Shown here in pieces: positions 1-11,510 of a stretch of 64,000 nt of DNA. The DNA is taken from NCBI RefSeq assembly GCF_006345805.1, contig NC_043018.1, positions 26,722,001-26,786,000 on the forward strand, read 5' to 3'. The stretch's first letter is position 1. Each line of letters opens with the position of its first letter. The position numbers and the translations under genes were made by a program. A model generated the notes under the pieces. It worked only from the letters and a program-made list of their open reading frames with translations. It did not search any database and was not told the DNA's origin. Origin of the DNA: Octopus sinensis. Taxonomy: Eukaryota.

Positions 1-785
1 ACACCTGCACCTGTTTTTTGCTTCTCCCCCTTCTTCCCTCCCTCGTGAAGCTGTGGGGAAGGGAGTGAAGGAAATCAACGTCGTAATGCGTTGTCAAGGA
101 GACCAGCGTTCTTTTAGAACAACGACTTCATGGCTTGAAGACACCAAAACAGAAATGGCTAAGAAAGCCCGAATTGGCATCTATAAGGGAAGTAACTCTC
201 TAAAAATGCTTATATAGTTATTTCCCTTACAAAACCGAGCAACGCCGGGCGATACTGCTAGTTATATATATATCTATATATATAAAACTGTAGTTGTGTG
301 AGCGTCTGTCCCCTTCGATTTAGATTCCTAACTCCTCCCACATTTTGCGGTGCAGTTTAACCAAATTCGGGTATCTTATAGTCGTGATTCATATCGAGCC
401 CGTCTGGCTATTAGCGCGCGTCTACGATGAGTCTACGATTTAAAAAATAATTTAACATCATTTTTTATTCCATTTTAATGCATAAAATGCATCGTATGTC
501 GATGGCGGCGGAGTTGGCGTCCATGGTCACACCTGCACCTGTTTGCTTCTCCCCCCTTTTCCCTCCCTCGTGAAGCTGTGGGGAAGGGAGTGAAGGAAAT
601 CAACGTCGTAAAGCGTTGTCAAGGAGACCAGCGTTCTTTTAGAACAACGACTTCATGGCTTGAAGACACCAAAACAGAAATGGCTAAGAAAGCCCGAATT
701 GGCATCTATAAGGGAAGTAACTCTCTAAAAATGCTTATATAGTTATTTCCCTTACAAAACCGAGCAACGCCGGGCGATACTGCTA

Positions 786-786
<1 letters not shown>
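1..786 (+). mobile_element. Two tandem copies of a ~515-bp non-autonomous Helitron (first copy runs off the window start)
   Basis: 1-261 is repeated at 529-786. The full copy begins TC at 273 (tctatatatataaaactg) and ends ccgagcaacgccgggcgatactgCTAG followed by T. TC start, CTAG end and a subterminal GC-rich hairpin are Helitron hallmarks. Confidence 0.75.
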
Positions 787-837
<51 letters not shown>

Positions 838-841
<4 letters not shown>

Positions 842-1179
842 ATTTAATAAATAAAATATATGCATACATACATATATGTACGTACCTACATCTACATGTA
901 TATATACATGCATATATATATATATGAATACAGGACACCACAAATAAACGTAGAACACAACGAGAAACGAAAGCATAAAAACAACTAGGAAACGGACTTT
1001 TTTCGTTGTTAAAAAAAGTCCGTTTCCTAGTTGTTTTTATGCTTTCGTTTCTCGTTGTGTTCTACGTTTATTTGTGGTGTCCTGTATTCATATATATATA
1101 TATATGCATGTATATATACATGTAGATGTAGGTACGTACATATATGTATGTATGCATATATTTTATTTATTAAATTATT
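838..1179. repeat. Near-perfect ~340-bp palindrome made of a PLE-type terminal repeat fragment
   Basis: Arms 838-1003 and 1012-1179 are reverse complements apart from a 2-nt (TA) length difference; loop cgttgtta. The right arm resembles 6085-6215 and 41745-41825. Confidence 0.9.
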
Positions 1180-1225
1180 GTATGACTGAGCGCCATCGCG
1201 TCGTTTCGTTTCTATTCTCCAAGTA

Positions 1226-1256
<31 letters not shown>

Positions 1257-1335
1257 GCGATGGGTTTCAAACCAACACACCTGCTTGTTCCTTACCTGCC
1301 TTTATCTTTTGACTTCTGTACATTTGAACCATACA

Positions 1336-2131
1336 TTGGGTCATCCCATAAATAATGCGTTTTTTTCAATTGCATGAACTAAGAGTCGGAGTGGAACGGG
1401 ATAAGCTACTTGCATCAACTTGCTATAAAAGCAGGTAGTAATTTTACCTTGTCCTTATTCTTAGTGCAAGTTTTGAAGAGTGCAGTTCGATTTTAACAGT
1501 TTTTTTTTCAAAGCTGTGCCAAAGGAGCATATTCGGCATATTTTGCTTTATGAGTTCAACAAAGGCAATTACACGCAAAGGAAAGTGCGAGTTATATTAA
1601 TGCAGTATATGGGGCTCGGGCAATGAACGTAAGACAGTATAAATGGTGGTCCTAGAAATTCCGAGCCGGAAACTATAGCCTAGAAGACGATCCTCGTCCT
1701 GGAAGATGTGTAGAGCTCGACGAGGACGTCCAGAAAACTCTGGGGGAAAATATTCCATCGTAACTGTTGAGGAACTAGCAGAGAATCTTCGATTTGGTAA
1801 TTCAACCATTCACCGACATCTGTGTTTCATCAGAAAAGTCAGCAAATTGGGTCAATGGGTTCCTCACAAACTTTCCCCGTCTAATCGCGCGCAGAGAGTG
1901 AATGTGTGCTCTCCTTTGCTGTCACATCTCACCAATGAACCTTTTTTGGACCGAATAGTGACTGGTGACGAGAAACAGGTTCTCTATTAAAATGTCTAGC
2001 ATCGAAGACAGTGGGTAGGGAAAGGAGAAACACCGGCATCTCAAGCTAAATAAGGTCTTTACCCACGTAAGGTGTCATCTGTTTGGTGGGATGTGAAATG
2101 TTTTGTCCACTTTGAACTTTTAAACCCGAAC
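1336..2131 (+). mobile_element. Mariner transposon, 3'-truncated and decayed (same family as 33520-34684)
   Basis: Starts with TIR ttgggtcatcccataaataatgc; translation includes GQWVPHKL and FLDRIVTGDEK; stops and frameshifts. Confidence 0.9.
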
Positions 2132-2310
2132 ACTCCCTTCTGCACTCTCACGTTCCTTTCCAAGTGAAACTTTAAAAATTCCGCCGAGGTCGACTTTGCT
2201 TTTTATCCTTTCGGGTCGATAAATTAAGTACCAGATACATACTGGGGTACATGTAACCGACTAGTCCCCTCTCCACAAATTCCAGGCCTTGTGCCCATTG
2301 TAGAAAGGAT

Positions 2311-2948
2311 TATTATCTCCGCCTTAGCGAAGGCGGAGAGATTCTTTTCAGTCGTGTTTGTTTGTTTGTTTGTCCGTAGACAAGATATCTCAAGAACCGC
2401 TGGATGGATTCGGATGAAACTTTCAGGGATGTTTGGCCTCATGACTGCCATGAACTGATTAGATCTTGGGATCGATTCGGAAACGGACAAGAATTCTGGA
2501 TTATTTTTCGGTGGTCGAGAGTATTCTCTTTGTGAGACCAGTCAAGTTTGTTTGTTCCTTCTCAAGCCATGCCTGGTTCATAAGGGCCGGTTTCCTTGGC
2601 ATATAGGTTCCCCACCTGGACGGGACGCCGGTCTGTCGCAGGTGAGCTGCAAGATGCAGGAGGAAAAAGTAAGAGAAAGTTGTGGTGAAAGGATCAGCAG
2701 AAGTTCGCCATTACCTTCTGCCGGAGCACGCGGAGCTTAGGTGTTTCGCTCATAAACACACATATCGCCCGGTCTGAGATTCGAACCCACGATCCCTTGA
2801 CCGTGAGTCCGCTGCTCTAACTACTAGGCCATGTGCCTCAACCAAGTGAAGTTTATTTCAGATATTCTCATTTTAAAAATCATCTCTGGCTAATCATTGA
2901 AAGGATGTTGGTGTTGCCTTGGCAGAGGTTTGTGCTCTCTGATTGCTC

Positions 2949-2950
<2 letters not shown>
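2311..2950 (+). mobile_element. DINE-1/HINE-like (Helentron-associated) non-autonomous element with a nested SINE
   Basis: 5' hairpin ctccgcc-ttagcgaa-ggcggag (2317-2338), (GTTT)n/GTCC tract, atctcaagaaccgctggatggattcggatgaaactt core, and 3' gccttggcagagg echo of the 5' hairpin. Confidence 0.55.
2550..2840 (-). mobile_element. tRNA-derived SINE with V-domain-like centre
   Basis: Minus strand carries A box tggcctagtagtt and B box ggttcgaatc, then cggcgtcccgtccagg...gaaaccgg. Confidence 0.7.
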
Positions 2951-3020
<70 letters not shown>

Positions 3021-3021
<1 letters not shown>

Positions 3022-3653
3022 GGCGGCGAGCTGGCAGAACCGTTAGTATGTCGGGCGAAATGCTTAGAGGCATCTCGTCCACTTTCACGTTCTGAGTTCA
3101 AATTCCACCGGGGTCGACTTTGCCTTTCATCCTTTCGGGCCGATAAAATAAATAGCAGTCGATGTAATCGACTATACAGATCTTTTCGGTTTGAACGGCA
3201 GTTTTTTCTAGCGGTGTCATATGAAATTGTCACCCATAATTATGACCCTAGAATCGATCTATGGCATTTCAATCTCTTTTAGGGTTAGTTAGAGTTAGGG
3301 TTAGGAGTGGGGGGAAGGGTATCTTTTTTTCTTCACAAATGCAAATAAACCCAATCTGTTTCTTAAACGAGGGACATATTCATACGGCACAGAATGCTTT
3401 TTAACTCAATAGACGTCACTGATTGGTTGAAATTGTAGAAATTGAAGAAAAAAACAACAAATATCTTACAAACCATATAATTTTCTCAATAAAGCCAAGA
3501 GAAAAAGATGTTTTATAAACACATTCTACCAGTATACGAAGTTTAAAATTTTTTAGTTACCTAGAAATTATGTTAAAAACTGGCGTTCAAACCGAAAAGA
3601 TCCGACTATACTACTCCCCACAAATTCCAGTCCTTCTGCCTATTGTAGAAAGG

Positions 3654-3660
<7 letters not shown>
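3021..3660 (+). mobile_element. Abundant tRNA-derived SINE (Meta-domain-like core), (TTA)n-tailed form, split by a MITE
   Basis: ggcggcgagctggcagaa head, gagttcaaattcc B box, gcctttcatcctttcgg core, tail gtagaaagg(att)n. Confidence 0.85.
3177..3604. mobile_element. 428-bp MITE with ~30-bp TIRs and a 6-bp direct repeat
   Basis: cagatcttttcggtttgaacggcagttttt ... aaaaactggcgttcaaaccgaaaagatccg; ACTATA at 3171-3176 and 3605-3610; internal degenerate TTAGGG repeats near 3290-3305. Confidence 0.85.
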
Positions 3661-3686
<26 letters not shown>

Positions 3687-3799
3687 AGTGTTGACGGAGT
3701 GTGTAGGTGAGCATCCGTGACGTCACATTAGCAGTTAGCCAATGACTCGCAACGACAGGATGATTGAATGACTCAGCGATAAAAAGAAGGCGAGTATGC

Positions 3800-3903
3800 T
3801 ATGCTATGATGATGATGGCGACGAAGTCGACGGCAGTGTTGTTGAAAACGATGATGATAACGATGATGATGATGATGATGATGATGACGGTGATGATGAT
3901 GAC

Positions 3904-3938
<35 letters not shown>

Positions 3939-3942
3939 CGAC

Positions 3943-3976
<34 letters not shown>

Positions 3977-3980
3977 CTGG

Positions 3981-4033
<53 letters not shown>

Positions 4034-4095
4034 CTGGTGATGAGGATGATGATGATGATGATGATGATGCTGGTGATGACGATGATGATGATAAC

Positions 4096-4139
<44 letters not shown>

Positions 4140-4143
4140 CGAC

Positions 4144-4202
<59 letters not shown>

Positions 4203-4257
4203 CGATGATGATGATGATGATGATAGTGTTGGCGATGGTGGTGATGATAACGATGAA

Positions 4258-4295
<38 letters not shown>

Positions 4296-4410
4296 CGATG
4301 ATGATGACGATGATGGTGATGATGATGATGACGATGATGATGATGATGACGATGATGATGATGACGATGATGACGATGATGATGATGATGATGATGATGA
4401 CGATGATGAC

Positions 4411-4464
<54 letters not shown>

Positions 4465-4530
4465 AACGATGATGATGGTGATGATAATGATGATGATGAT
4501 GGCAGTGTTGGCGATGGTGGTGATGATATT
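3800..4530. repeat. Long (GAT)n compound microsatellite
   Basis: Direct inspection; it explains the poly-D, poly-M and poly-I ORFs. Confidence 0.98.
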
Positions 4531-4829
4531 ATATATCAAACGGTTAGAGAATGATTCAATGCCATGGAAAGCATGGAAAACGAAGTGAGTCATCGATGTG
4601 AGCTGATCTGCTATGAGTTATCGGCGATTATCAAATGGAGGAAAGCGTGTTCTGGTTAGCGAAGAATTTTTCTCAACCGGAATGGCACTTGATTCCCCCT
4701 GGGTGTAATTTATGGCCAGGAGGGAGGAACTGGGGTAGAATTTAGTAGTATTATTTTCATTTGTATTTTTAATCTTATACAAAAATATCCTAATTTCTAT
4801 AGTAGGACAATTTTTCTTGCTGGTCGCAC

Positions 4830-4992
4830 ATGTATGTATGTATGTATGTATGTATGTATGTATGTATGTATGTATGTATGTATGTATGTATGTATGTATG
4901 TGTGTGTGTGTGTATGTATGTATGTGTGTGTGTATGTATGTATGTATGTATGTGTATGTGTGTATGTATGAGTATATGTATGTATGTATGTA

Positions 4993-5023
<31 letters not shown>

Positions 5024-5177
5024 ATGTATGTTTGTGTATGTGTATGTATGTATGTATGTATGTGTGTGTATGTATGTATTGTGTATGTATGTGTATATGT
5101 ATGTATATATGTGTGTGTATGTTTGTATGTATATATGTATGTATGTGTATGTGTGTATGTATGAGTATATGTATGAG

Positions 5178-5209
<32 letters not shown>

Positions 5210-5316
5210 TGTATGTATGTATGTATGTATGCATGCATGTATGTGTATGTGTGTTTGTTTGTACGTATGTATTTGTATGTATGTATGTATGTATATAAAT
5301 ATATATACATATACAT

Positions 5317-5350
<34 letters not shown>

Positions 5351-5650
5351 CTATATATATATATATATATATGAATGTATGTGTATGTATGTATGCATGT
5401 ATGTGTGTGTGTGCACGTATATTTCTTTATATGTATATATATGTATATATATATGTATTTATATGTGTATGTATGTATATATATGTGTGTGTGAGTGAGG
5501 GCGTTTATGTGTGTTTATATACAAACATACACACGCACGCACACACAGAAACACACACACATATACACACACACATATATATATATACACACACACATAG
5601 CGAATGCGCGCCTGCATACACACACATGCACTCACCCACACGTGTACGTG
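4830..5650. repeat. (TATG)n/(TG)n/(TA)n/(CA)n compound microsatellite
   Basis: Direct inspection. Confidence 0.98.
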
Positions 5651-5924
5651 CACATATGGCGAAAGATTGTTTGGTTTAGTCTAGCAGTCATGGAATTTAA
5701 CAATTTCCAAATATGCTGAAAAATAAAATTAAAAATAAAGATAGACATAAAACGAAATTCATTTCCATTTCTCTAGAACTATAAATAAGCCATAAATATT
5801 TTATACCGTTCTCCGTGGGGACACCTTTCTCTAAATAAAGAATGTTCTCTTACTAATTACTTAATCATTAACCTAATTATTCTTTTTTAAAACAAGGTAT
5901 TTAAAAAAAATATATATAAATAAA

Positions 5925-6895
5925 TGAAACGCGGAGTAGGTAAAACAGGGGACAACTGATGAAGGGAATGTTCTTTATGTTGCCTGTCTCGTTTCTCTAT
6001 TTGTTTCTTTGTTCGTAAAAAATTTCGTTTTCTATATTTTTCCTTTTTTTTATGTTCTCGTTTTTCATTACTTCATCTTTTTGATGTCCTGTACCCATAT
6101 ATGCATGTATATATATACATATATATGTAGGTATGTACATATATGTATGTATATATGCATATATATTATTTATATTATTGTATGATCGAACGCCACGCAT
6201 CCATTTCCAAGTAAGTTTTATCTTAATAATTCCGATGCGCACTCTTATTCTATCTCTATTCTTTCTATCTATCTCCCTCTCTTGTTTTTATTCCTTCCTG
6301 TTTTTCTATCCCACCCTTTCCCTATTCTTCTCTTCTCCCCTTCACCGTTCGTTCTCTCTCATTCTTCCCCCTTGACTCTCTCGTTGTTCACACGTGACCA
6401 ACGGCTATCTATCTTTCTTTCTTCCACTTCCTTCCTAAAGACAAGACGTGCTTTTACCTGTCTCTTCTCAAAGCTCATTTTTCCAGCGTTCACCACTTCA
6501 CATCAGCTTGCCTTAACAGCCCTCGCCGTTTGCTTTTACTGTTTTGTTCTTACTATCCTGTTTTTGTTAGTACTTTAACACTCCGCAAAAAATCCCAGAT
6601 TTTATTTAATTTGCTTTGTGGGAAGGACTGTTTTAACGAAGTCGCGTCTTGACCCTACCTTCGAAACGCGGAGTAGATAAAACAGGGGACAACTGCTGAA
6701 GGGAATGTTCTTTATGTTGCCTATCTCGTTTCTCTATTTGTTTCTTTCGTTCGAAAAAAAAATTAGTTTTCTATGTTTTTGTTTTTTTATATTCTCGTTT
6801 CTCATTTGTTCATCTTTTTGATGTCCTGTACCCGTATATGCATGTATATATATATATATATGTAGGTATGTACATATATGTACATATATGTATAT
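5925..6895 (+). mobile_element. Tandem direct copies of a PLE-type terminal repeat
   Basis: 5925-6150 is repeated at 6662-6895 (gaaacgcggagtag...gatgtcctgtaccc); a further fragment lies at 41625-41825. Confidence 0.55.
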
Positions 6896-6957
6896 ATTCA
6901 TATATTTATATATCATATATATAATATATATATATATATATAATATATATATATATA

Positions 6958-7135
6958 GGGCGAATTCACAAAAACAAAAGACGAAGACAGGTGGTGTAGA
7001 AAACAAACAGATGTATTAGTTTAACGCTCGGGAAGTGAAAAAGTCTTTAACGTTTCGAGCCTACGCTCTATCACAGAAAGGATCACAGAAAGAAACAAGG
7101 AGAGAAAATAAGAAAATAAAGAATGTGTAGTGGCT
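6958..7135 (-). mobile_element. PLE terminal repeat fragment (family also at 25798-25925, 26150-26365, 58610-58835)
   Basis: Shared gagcgtaggctcgaaacg...gagcgtta(a/t)actaatacatctgtttg...acaccacctgtcttcgtc; flanked by (TA)n. Confidence 0.65.
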
Positions 7136-7507
7136 ACCGATCTATCATGGCGAATGATATATAATTTTGGGAACGGTAACTTTCGAAGCATATGAGGCTA
7201 CAAACAATTGCGGGTAAATATTGGGTTAAAAAGAAAAAAAAAAAATGACGGCTGGCTAAGGGATTCGAACCCAAATCTACTTGAAGTATAACAGACGTTC
7301 TACTATTGGGCCAAAGTAGTTTTCCCCAGTTGCTTTTTCCATTTACAAACTGTATTCTTACCAGCAAGAGCTGTATGTAGTTAATGTCATAAAAATTATA
7401 AACTTTGGTGAATCTCGAAGCAGGAATGAGGATAAATGATAGCATTCACGAAATTTTTAATATATATGCGTGTATGTATACCTGTACATACATACATACT
7501 ACATACA

Positions 7508-7589
<82 letters not shown>

Positions 7590-7590
<1 letters not shown>

Positions 7591-7712
7591 TATATATATA
7601 TAATATATATATATTATGGTATATTCATATAATTAAAAATGGGGTGATTACATCAAGATAAGCAACAAGAATATCCAGAGGTAATGCAGTACGATCGTTT
7701 CATACGACTCCA
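7590..7712 (-). mobile_element. PLE terminal repeat fragment carrying the 3' half of a hammerhead
   Basis: Minus strand reads GAA-ACGATCGT-A-CTGCA (palindromic stem III); the CUGANGA half is absent. Confidence 0.45.
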
Positions 7713-8455
7713 TTTAATTGAACAATGCAAATATTACATCAGTTTTAAAATGTAGAGCAATTTTCAGCTGCATAAAAATATAGAATTTAGTTAAATTCAA
7801 AAGATTCATTTTTATAGTTAATACATTAACCAAAATCACAAAGAGGGTAAGTAGGTAGACAAAAACAAGTTTCATTAACAGTATCATAGTAGTAACTGAT
7901 ATTTTATCACAGGAAGACACTGCTTATCATTGATTTTACTAGGTATGTTCTATAATAAGTTTTTAGAACACAAATCTATTCTACCCCTTATCTATAATAT
8001 TCTACAAAAATTTATATTTATTTTTCAATATACTCATTTAAATTCCTTTACTTTAATTTTAAACCATTTTTTCTTACTTATTTACCCACTATATCATTTT
8101 ACTGATAATACATTTCTATTGAGTTCACACTCAGCCAATACAGAACCATACTGATATATTTCACTATCTACTTTATAATACAAGAGTTATATTCTAAGGT
8201 TATTAGCACATTGAAAATATATGAAATTTTTAACTCATTAATACCAATAAATTACTATTTACTAATTAACAATAAAGTTCTAATCTCGTGAAAGTCGACC
8301 TTGCTTCTCCTCTTACTTGGGTCGATAAAATAAACTACCAATCAAGTAATGGCGTAGATGTATTTGATTGACACCCACTCCCTAAAATTGCTGGCCTTGT
8401 ATCAAAATCTGAAACAAGAAGAAGAAGAACAACAATAATGATGATGATGATGATG

Positions 8456-8529
<74 letters not shown>

Positions 8530-8735
8530 CCTTTCTAATGTAGGCGCAAGATCTGAAATTTGTGGGAAGGGATTAAGTCGATTACATGGACCCCAGTGCG
8601 TAACTGATATTTATTTAATCGACCCCGGAAGGTAAAGTCGACCTCGGCGGAATTTGAACTCAGAACGTAAAGCCAGGTAAAATACTGCTACGCATTTCGC
8701 CCAGCATGCTAACGATTCTGCCACCTCGCTGCCTT
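8530..8735 (-). mobile_element. Meta-domain-like tRNA SINE in (TAA)n
   Basis: Reverse complement of the 3021 family. Similar minus-strand copies lie at about 22818-23035, 37610-37825, 37910-38130, 41945-42160, 42320-42525, 43435-43655, 43835-44055 and 52915-53025. Confidence 0.85.
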
Positions 8736-9076
8736 ATATAATAATAATAATAATAATAATAATATAATATAATAATAATAATATATAATAATAATAATAA
8801 TAATAATAACGATGATGATGATGATAATAATAATAATATAATAATAATAATGAATGATGATGATGATGATAATAATAATAATAAATAATAATAATAATAA
8901 TAATGATGATGATGATGATGATGATAATAATAATAATATAATAATAATAATAATAATGATAATAATAATAATAATAATAATAATATAATAATAATATAAT
9001 AATAATAATAATTAATAATAATAATAATATAATAATATAATAATAATAATAATATAATATAATAATAATAATAATA

Positions 9077-9666
9077 GGTGCTAGTATAGTATGCGACCTA
9101 CTAGGTTGTCAAACAGTATAGCCAGGGAAATCTACCTTAAGCGTTCAGTTTGTAAAGGAAACCAGTTTTCCCATTATACGATCATTAATAACAAATTCAA
9201 CTGCAAGCTGAGCCTGAGGGAGATTTTAGAACTAATATTTTTCTTTGTCTTGGATATACTCATGACCACTGTAGTGATTCTAACAGGAAAATCTAAAAAT
9301 ACAGTAACTGACTGGTACAATATGTGAGCGAGGTGTGTAGAGCCATAGTTTATCATGTACGACGAGGGAAGATGGTTGGAACAAACGATAACCCCATTCA
9401 GATCGACGAAGCAGGATTTGCTGGTCGACGAAAATACAAGTGAGGAAGAATGTCGAATGGCGACAACGTTCCTCACTTCGAAGACAGTGATGCAGAACAA
9501 CGAAACAACAGGAACCATGGACGAAGAATTGATGGCCCGTGGGTTTTTGGTCTCAAACAAGTCTCAGACTGTCGATACTTTCTCTCTCAAATATCTGGAA
9601 ATGTCTAAAAGCTAAAGAAGATAACCCGGTTTGAAACCGTGGTAGACCGCATACCATACTAGCACC
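9077..9666 (+). mobile_element. Internally deleted Merlin (IS1595-like) DNA transposon
   Basis: 25-bp TIRs ggtgctagtatagtatgcgacctac / gtagaccgcataccatactagcacc (3 mismatches); TAATAATA on both sides. Broken translation gives TVTDWYNM(C)REVC...IQIDEAGFAGRRKY...GPWVFGL. Confidence 0.85.
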
Positions 9667-9675
9667 TAATAATAA

Positions 9676-10080
9676 TAATCCTTTCTACTGTAGGCACAAG
9701 GCCTGGAATTTTGTGGCGAGGAGATTAGTCGATTACATGGACTCCAGTGCATAACTGGTACTTATTTAATCGATCCCGAAAGGATGAAAGGCGAAGTCGA
9801 CCTCAGCGGAATTTGAACTCACAACGTAGCGGCAGACGAAATACCTATTTCTTTATTACCCACAAGAGGCTAAACACAGAAGGGACAAACAAGGACAGAC
9901 ATAGATATTATGTCGATTACATCGACCCCAGTGCGTAACTGGTACTTAATTTATCGACCCCGAAAGGATGAAAGGCAAAGTCGACCTCGGCGGAATTTGA
10001 ACTCAGAACGTAACGGCAGACGAAATACCGCTAAGCATTTCGCCCGGCGTGCTAACGTCTCTGCTAGCTCGCCGCCTTAG
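9676..10080 (-). mobile_element. Chimeric SINE: one head, then body with tail B, then body with tail A
   Basis: Tail ...taataaagaaatag joins directly to gtatttcgtctgcc of a second body that ends gtagaaagg(att)n. Confidence 0.8.
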
Positions 10081-10168
10081 GGAGACGAAATACCGTTAAG
10101 TATTTTGCCCGGCGTACGAATGAGTCTACCACTTCGCCACCTTATACACCACCACCACCACCACCACC

Positions 10169-10230
<62 letters not shown>

Positions 10231-10759
10231 CTGCATCAACAACAAGAATATCAATTTTTATTTGTCAAAAGGACGATTGACGACAGAATATTACAGATAT
10301 GTTACAAAAAGTTGCATGCGCGCGCGTGTTTTTTGTGTGTGTGTACGTGTGTGTACTTTTGTGTGCATGTATGTATGTGCAAGTGTGTGTGTGGGGGGTT
10401 GTTACACTGAAACCGAATGATTAATAATAGTCCTTGAAAGTAATGTACTAAATGTGACATTTATTGCATCGAGGCTTTTGTAGGATTAGTGTATCGGCTT
10501 TTTATAGTGTGCAGTAATCTTTGTTGGAGATACGATGTAGAGCCAGTAATGGGATATGAACTGCTGACCTTTTAGCTTGCAGACTGACATCTTAACCATG
10601 CGCCCATCTACAGGCAGGTTGCTCAACACAAGCAAGCGGTGGAAATTCGGTAATACGGGAGAGATATGTCGGAATGATTCATTGATAAGGACAGTGATTC
10701 AATGTCTGTAACTCAATGATTCACGTAGAAAAGAATGGTCGTCTGATTCAAGTGATATG

Positions 10760-10867
10760 GAAGAAAAAGCAGACGACATGAAGGAAGGGAAGAAAGGGGA
10801 GGGGAATATAGAAGGGGAGAAAGAGAAGGAGAGGAAGAAAGACAGGGAAAAAGAGAGTGTACGTGTG

Positions 10868-10944
<77 letters not shown>

Positions 10945-11441
10945 GAATGAAACAAGAAAAGAGATGGGAACATAGAAAGAAAAAGAAAGAAAGAGGTAGA
11001 GAGAAAGGGGGGGCATGAAGATACGAAAGACACAATAGGCAATACAGAAGAGAGAAACTGTGAGTGTGTGTGTGTTAGAGAGAGAGAGAGAGAGAGAGTA
11101 AGAGAAGAAGAGGGAGAGAGATAATGAGAAAGAGAGGGAGGGGAAGAGATAGTGAGAGAGTGTGAGAGTGTGTGAGGGAGACTGAAGGAAGGACGGGGAG
11201 AGAGATAGGAACCTAGAGAGTGAGAGGTGGGAAAGGAGAGAGGGAGGTAGAAAGGAAGAATACGGGAGAGAAAGAGGGAGGGGTAGAGAGATTGAGAGAG
11301 GGACAGGAAGTGTGATGGGGATATAGAGTGAGAGACAGAGAGGAAGTAATACGCTTAGTGAGACGAAGGAGAGACACAGCAAACGATAGAGATGGAAACA
11401 GAGAGAGAGGAGGACAGAGAGTGAGAGTGAATGCGTGTATG

Positions 11442-11472
<31 letters not shown>

Positions 11473-11474
11473 AG

Positions 11475-11510
<36 letters not shown>

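Noticed and set aside
3021-3110. tRNA genes
   Set aside because: All A/B-box sequences seen are SINE heads or fail to form a cloverleaf; no true tRNA or rRNA gene is supported.
3764-5700. Long ORFs of poly-D, poly-M, poly-I, YVCM and HTYI
   Set aside because: Read-through of (GAT)n, (TATG)n and (TA)n microsatellites. The same applies to similar ORFs at 16.8-17.7, 20.5-21.3, 39.3-39.9, 44.7-49.5, 53.3-54.2, 60.1-61.0 and 62.2-62.9 kb.
5950-6000. CTGATGA followed by a short hairpin
   Set aside because: No GAAA or stem III follows, so it is not a hammerhead.
6627-6685. ctgtttta...acgaag...ttcGAAACGCGgagtagataaaacag, hammerhead-like
   Set aside because: A stem I pairing is visible, but the CUGA half is missing and no UH cleavage triplet follows GAAAC in either copy.
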